A model generated the notes under the pieces. It had not been told where the DNA came from. It did no database searches and saw only the letters and a program-made list of their open reading frames with translations. This document shows, in pieces, positions 59,650 to 64,000 of a stretch of DNA of 64,000 bases. Numbering within the stretch: position 1 is the stretch's first letter; every line of letters starts with the position of its first letter. A program made the position numbers and the translations under genes. The stretch comes from a virus, in the IMG/VR virus record IMGVR_UViG_3300009124_000001, one strand, 5' to 3'.

Positions 59650-60450
59650 TTAATCGAATTCGTAGACTACAACAATACCCTGGCGACCGTCACCACCACG
59701 CTCGGAGTTACGACCTGAGGAACCACCAGCACCATAGGCAGCGTGAGCGCGATGGCGCTGTGCCCATTGTTGCTGTCTATGTGATGTGGGTGAAGATCCA
59801 CCCCAGAAAGATGTACCACCGTGACCTAAACCAGGAGGATTTCTATGACCTTGGGATGAACCACCGTAGATTCTAACAGATCCTTGATTGGGGTTACCAC
59901 CAGTAGATCCGTCATGCTGTTGTCTACGGTTGGCACCTTGTCCACCACCAGATGAACAATAGTTGCCAAAAGAAGATGTCCCGCCGTTACCAGCACGACC
60001 AGAATAACCAGTACCACTACCGACACCACCAACAGTTACGGAGATAGAGTTAATGTTTTCCACATTAACAATGGTCTCAGTATGAGCACCAGCAGCGCCA
60101 GACTCACCATAACCTGATCCACCACCGCCACCACCAGTACACTTCACCCAGATACGCTTAATGCCGCTGGGTTTGTTCCAAGTGGAGTTGCCAGTGTAGA
60201 CAGAGATAGACTTAGGACCACCACCAGTTTGGATGGATGCCCAAGACATTGTACTGCCATTCGTGGACAGAAACTTACCAGATTGTCCAGACACAGACGG
60301 AATAACCTGTGCAGAACTACCAGCAATAGTTCCGTTAATGTTGATGTTAGAAACGGTAAGAGTACCGTTCACTGTAATAGATCCAGAACTGAGGTTTAGA
60401 CCACCAGAACCAGACAGGTCTCTAATAGAGGATACTTTTAGGGTACTCAT
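59650..60450 (-). CDS. Glycine-rich tail-fibre/adhesin-like protein, paralogue B
   Basis: 266 aa; IPSVSGQSGKFLSTNGSTMSW linker; TWNKPSGIKRIWVKCTGGGGGG...GGDGRQGIVVVYEF glycine-rich domain. Confidence 0.75.
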   Translation of the reverse strand: MSTLKVSSIRDLSGSGGLNLSSGSITVNGTLTVSNININGTIAGSSAQVIPSVSGQSGKFLSTNGSTMSWASIQTGGGPKSISVYTGNSTWNKPSGIKRIWVKCTGGGGGGSGYGESGAAGAHTETIVNVENINSISVTVGGVGSGTGYSGRAGNGGTSSFGNYCSSGGGQGANRRQQHDGSTGGNPNQGSVRIYGGSSQGHRNPPGLGHGGTSFWGGSSPTSHRQQQWAQRHRAHAAYGAGGSSGRNSERGGDGRQGIVVVYEFD

Positions 60451-60473
60451 TGATTACTTGTCTCCTTCCTTGT

Positions 60474-60481
60474 TATTTATA
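60474..60481 (-). promoter_or_regulatory. T4-type late promoter
   Basis: Perfect TATAAATA, 24 nt upstream of ATG 60450. Confidence 0.75.
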
Positions 60482-61285
60482 TCAAATAAATTCGTAGACA
60501 ACAATGATGCCTACACGACCATCACCTCCACGCTCACTGTTCCTAGCAGATGATCCACCAGCACCATAAGCAGCGTGTCCTCTATGACGTTGTGCCCATT
60601 GTTGTTGACGGTGTGCGGTTGGAGCAGAACCGCCCCAATATGAGTGACCACCATGACCTAGACCAGGAGGATTGCGGTGTCCCTGTGAGGATCCACCATA
60701 GATTCTGACTGAACCTTGGTTGGGAGTTCCACCAGTAGAACCTTCGTGCTGCTGACGACGGTTGGCACCTTGTCCACCACCAGATGAGCAATAGTTACCA
60801 AATGATGATGTACCACCGTTACCACCACGACCTTGATAGTTAGTGCCACCACCAGCGCCACCGACAGTAACACTAATCGAGTTGATGTTAGCAACATCTA
60901 CAAATGTCTCTGTGTGAGCACCAGCAGCACCTGATTCACCATAACCTGATCCACCACCGCCACCACCAGTACACATCACCCAGATACGTTTTACGCCTGA
61001 TGGTTTGTTCCAGGTAGAGTTACCATTATAGACAGAGATCGAATTAGGAATACCTAAGTTGATCGCATTTGCCTGCCAACTGATCGTCGAACCGTTGGTG
61101 TAAAGGAACCTACCAGAGTTACCACTCTGATTTGGAATAATATAACCAGAGGAACCAGAGATATTACCATTGATCACAATGTTTGTGACAGTGATAGTAC
61201 CGTTAGCAGTAATCGCTCCGTTCGAGAACGACATACCACCCTGATTATTCAGGTCCTTAACTTGTGCAACAGTAAGTCTAGTCAT
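60482..61285 (-). CDS. Glycine-rich tail-fibre/adhesin-like protein, paralogue A
   Basis: 267 aa; C-terminal domain nearly identical to 59650..60450; ATAAATA at 61305-61311 upstream. Confidence 0.75.
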   Translation of the reverse strand: MTRLTVAQVKDLNNQGGMSFSNGAITANGTITVTNIVINGNISGSSGYIIPNQSGNSGRFLYTNGSTISWQANAINLGIPNSISVYNGNSTWNKPSGVKRIWVMCTGGGGGGSGYGESGAAGAHTETFVDVANINSISVTVGGAGGGTNYQGRGGNGGTSSFGNYCSSGGGQGANRRQQHEGSTGGTPNQGSVRIYGGSSQGHRNPPGLGHGGHSYWGGSAPTAHRQQQWAQRHRGHAAYGAGGSSARNSERGGDGRVGIIVVYEFI

Positions 61286-61307
61286 TGTTAGAGGATCTTT
61301 CTTTTAT

Positions 61308-61865
61308 TTATTCAATAATAGGTGCTGGGCGCTCTGTCCCAGGTTCCAGATATTTCTGGTGTGCTGTCCATTCTTCATCGGTAGGATAATACCCAGGATG
61401 ATAGACCATTTGATTGACTTGTGCTCTCTCAAATGTATCAGGAGTATCGAATTGACCTCTCAGGATATGGAACTGAACAGTCTTTTCAATTTTCTCACCA
61501 GCATGAGTACACCAGAATGTGACGCTGTAAGTATTGTTATCTTCGATTCTTTCACCAGCAATAAATCCAGTAATAGAACACTGCTCAATAATCTGTTGGT
61601 CAGACTTGATAGGTCCCTTAGTTTCTTTTGTGAAGACTATTGCTTTGGTAGCATCACGGACAACAGTAATACCATACCACAGATCATCGTACTCTGTAAA
61701 GGTAGCACCATTAGTACCATCTTTCAAGAACGCAATGTCACAATTCACCTGAGGGAAATGGAACATTGTCCTAGATACAAAACATGTGCCTTCATCTAAA
61801 TCAAAGACACATGCAAATTTATCATGTCGATCATTATATTTGATCGTATCTCTATCTTCAATCAT
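61308..61865 (-). CDS. Hypothetical protein (185 aa)
   Basis: ORF coupled to the Gly/Cys-rich gene by ATGA. Confidence 0.7.
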   Translation of the reverse strand: MIEDRDTIKYNDRHDKFACVFDLDEGTCFVSRTMFHFPQVNCDIAFLKDGTNGATFTEYDDLWYGITVVRDATKAIVFTKETKGPIKSDQQIIEQCSITGFIAGERIEDNNTYSVTFWCTHAGEKIEKTVQFHILRGQFDTPDTFERAQVNQMVYHPGYYPTDEEWTAHQKYLEPGTERPAPIIE

Positions 61866-62794
61866 ATTCTGTACCCAATAACAATTCTACCCACGCCACC
61901 ATTTCTGTTACCAGCACTGTTACGGAATGGGTGACTACTTTGTGCCACTGTACCGTAGTTTCCTGCTTCTGTAAAACTATTGAGTGCTGCACCACTAACG
62001 TAGTTAGATCCGCCCCCGCCACCAGCAGCGCCATGACAATCGCAACCAGGGTCACCACCAACGTTTCCACCACGGTATCCCCCGCCGCCACCACCGCCGC
62101 CAGAGCGGTCGCCACCAGGGCGTCCATTACTACCCACGCCACCATTTGCCTGAGCACAGCAACCGCCACCACCAGCACCACAGGATCCACCCTGTCCGTT
62201 CTGGTTTCCAGCGCCTCCCTGTCCAGCACCGCCACAACCTTCGCGACCGCCACCGCCGCCGCCTGCACCACCTACAATCCAGATGTTGCCATATGAACGA
62301 GAACCATTGTAGACAACACTACCAGCACCACCGCCACCACCACCAGCAGAGCAACCGCTACATCCTGCATATCTTCCTTGACCACCGTTGCACCACGATG
62401 ATCCATTACTTCCAGCACCACCTGCACCCCAGCAACCATGGCATCCAGAACCATTGCCACCACCGCCGCCGACGTTAGTGTATAAAGTTTGACCAGCAGT
62501 TACCTCAAATTCACCATATGCATAACCACCTGAACCACCAGCAGCACCACCTTGACCACCATTGCCACCAGCAGCACCCCATGCCCAAATGTAGACTGTA
62601 CCCACACCAGTACCCGTCACATCTTGCACACTAAATGTACTAGATCCAGAAGACTGCCAGGTATGAAGTTGTAAGTCATACCCATTGTCAGGATGAGTAC
62701 CAGTGATTACAGATCCACCATTACCAGTAACAAATGGTGTGCTAGATCCGCCACTTCCACCCAGAGAGGCAATTTTGTTAGTTCCGATCGGCAT
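61862..62794 (-). CDS. Gly/Cys-rich protein with a polyglycine (gp38/ALK-type glycine-rich) domain
   Basis: IWAWGAAGG..GGSGGYAYGEFEVTAGQTLYTNVGGGG..GGGGGAGSVV..IVGGAGGGGG..GGGGGGGYRGG..GGGGGSNY; many interspersed Cys. Confidence 0.75.
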   Translation of the reverse strand: MPIGTNKIASLGGSGGSSTPFVTGNGGSVITGTHPDNGYDLQLHTWQSSGSSTFSVQDVTGTGVGTVYIWAWGAAGGNGGQGGAAGGSGGYAYGEFEVTAGQTLYTNVGGGGGNGSGCHGCWGAGGAGSNGSSWCNGGQGRYAGCSGCSAGGGGGGAGSVVYNGSRSYGNIWIVGGAGGGGGGREGCGGAGQGGAGNQNGQGGSCGAGGGGCCAQANGGVGSNGRPGGDRSGGGGGGGGYRGGNVGGDPGCDCHGAAGGGGGSNYVSGAALNSFTEAGNYGTVAQSSHPFRNSAGNRNGGVGRIVIGYRI

Positions 62795-63660
62795 TACGGT
62801 TCGTACTTAGTAATTGTTCCAAAGCAATACCATGTGCTTCCATCAAGGAAGAACATGAACTGATAACCATCCCAGTGACCACCAGGAGTCAGATCAGTTG
62901 TATTGTAAGAGAGTGCTGCTGTTTGGTTATTAATTCTCACCGAGGTAATAGAACCATTACCATTCTGTTGTTGGATCATAACAGAGGCAGCATACATCAT
63001 GCCACCTTCTTCTGGAACATTAGAGAAGTTAAGGGTAAAGTTACCGTTATAACTTGTCGGGTTATTAGTAGAGAATACTGATGCCTGTGAGTGATCAACA
63101 GTTACGACACTTGCTTTGGCAAAGGAAATATGTCTTTCTTTTGTTTGACCAAATTCAAATGTAGAACCTGGGATCATCCTCAGGTGATTATTAACAGCAA
63201 CGTTATCATAATATCTATAAGAAGATAGATCTTCGTCAGCACCAATCAGTGTCCATGTTGCACCACTCTCAATGGTAACTGTAAAACCATTGGCAATGGT
63301 AATAGGCGCAGCAGAGAAACCGTTAGTAAATTCAGTGCCATTATTAGCAGTAGGACCAACAGTGAGGTTCTCACTAATTGTGGTTCCATTAGTTCTGATA
63401 ATAGAATCTTCACCAACAGAAGGTCCACCACCACCAACATCATCCCATCCAGGAGTACCAGGACCGTTGACATCAGGTAGATAACCCTGAATCATCTTTT
63501 CGGTAGAGTTGAAAACAATCGTACCGAGAGCAACTGTACCCAGAGCGTTTATCTGTGACTGATTCAGGATAGGCAGGTTGATCTGCTCTGTAACAGTGAG
63601 CGCAGTAATGATCGCTCTTGTTACAGCATCAATCTGATTTCCTATAATTTTGGTGGTCAT
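62794..63660 (-). CDS. Virion/tail-fibre structural protein (288 aa)
   Basis: GTIVFNSTEKMIQGY..W..VGGGGPSVGEDSIIRTN..ISENLTV..SAAPITIANGFTVTIESGATW. Confidence 0.7.
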   Translation of the reverse strand: MTTKIIGNQIDAVTRAIITALTVTEQINLPILNQSQINALGTVALGTIVFNSTEKMIQGYLPDVNGPGTPGWDDVGGGGPSVGEDSIIRTNGTTISENLTVGPTANNGTEFTNGFSAAPITIANGFTVTIESGATWTLIGADEDLSSYRYYDNVAVNNHLRMIPGSTFEFGQTKERHISFAKASVVTVDHSQASVFSTNNPTSYNGNFTLNFSNVPEEGGMMYAASVMIQQQNGNGSITSVRINNQTAALSYNTTDLTPGGHWDGYQFMFFLDGSTWYCFGTITKYEP

Positions 63661-63680
63661 TTATTCCGTGCGGTAGGTTA

Positions 63681-64000
63681 TTAGATAACGAGTTCACGAA
63701 TGTGGATAGTGTCACCAGTTGCAGGAGGTGTAGCGACAGAGAAGTCAACAGCATTACCTGTGACTGTGTAGTCTACGCCAGGAATTTGTGCAACACCATT
63801 TAAGAATACCAAAACAGAATATGCTGTGTGTCCAGGAGAGATGTTGAATGATTGAGATACACCATCTCCATTATATGTCACACCTGCATTACCATTAGCA
63901 ATACCAGTTGCTAATGAGTATTTATCAGAGCAACCATACTTGCCTGTCACGTCGATGTCACCATCAAAGAATGTATTGCCACTAACCTTCAATCGGTTAG
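63681..64000 (-). CDS. C-terminus of a tail-fibre/structural protein (5' end outside the window)
   Basis: YNGDGVSQSFNI...VLVFLNGVAQIPGVDYTVTGNAVDF..PPATGDTIHIREL module, also found in gp7. Confidence 0.75.
   Translation of the reverse strand, partial: NRLKVSGNTFFDGDIDVTGKYGCSDKYSLATGIANGNAGVTYNGDGVSQSFNISPGHTAYSVLVFLNGVAQIPGVDYTVTGNAVDFSVATPPATGDTIHIRELVI

Noticed and set aside
59650-61285. Paralogue pair as a diversity-generating retroelement template/variable repeat
   Set aside because: Both copies are full genes, differences are mostly synonymous and not adenine-specific, and there is no reverse transcriptase in the window
61858-62478. Alternative-frame Ala/Val-, Thr- or His-rich ORFs
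   Set aside because: Frame artefacts of the GGN-rich glycine codons of 61862..62794

Overview
A 64-kb segment of a T4-like marine cyanomyovirus (Synechococcus/Prochlorococcus-type phage). Essentially all real genes are on the minus strand; the + strand ORFs in the track are antisense shadows. In transcription order (right to left): (i) 64000-59101, tail-fibre/adhesin-type genes, including a Gly/Cys-rich protein, two tandem Gly/His-rich paralogues and a tail-assembly-chaperone-like protein; (ii) 59093-53220, a flavin-dependent (tryptophan-type) halogenase followed by a run of Fe(II)/2-oxoglutarate oxygenases and a JmjC/cupin; (iii) about 53200-41000, an early/host-takeover region of small genes, a DEAH helicase, a lysozyme, two PD-(D/E)XK-like nucleases and five more oxygenases (11 in the window), punctuated by a repeated palindrome-plus--10 promoter motif and a candidate origin with TTTTCCACA boxes; (iv) 40754-1, the late baseplate module (1435-aa virion protein, PAAR, gp25, gp6, a 6737-aa gp7, a YHYH protein, a gp9-like protein, gp8 and a >2050-aa VrlC/DUF4815-like protein missed by the ORF track). 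The most striking observation is a tandem array of about 7 phycobiliprotein-like helical repeats inside the giant gp7. They keep motifs matching both bilin-attachment cysteines (alpha/beta-84 type KCxRDIGY, and beta-155 type C-x10-FD), and a neighbouring baseplate protein ends in a cupredoxin domain with a full type-1 copper ligand set. This suggests a possibly chromophorylated or metallated baseplate. All family assignments come from motifs recognised by eye; no searches were run.
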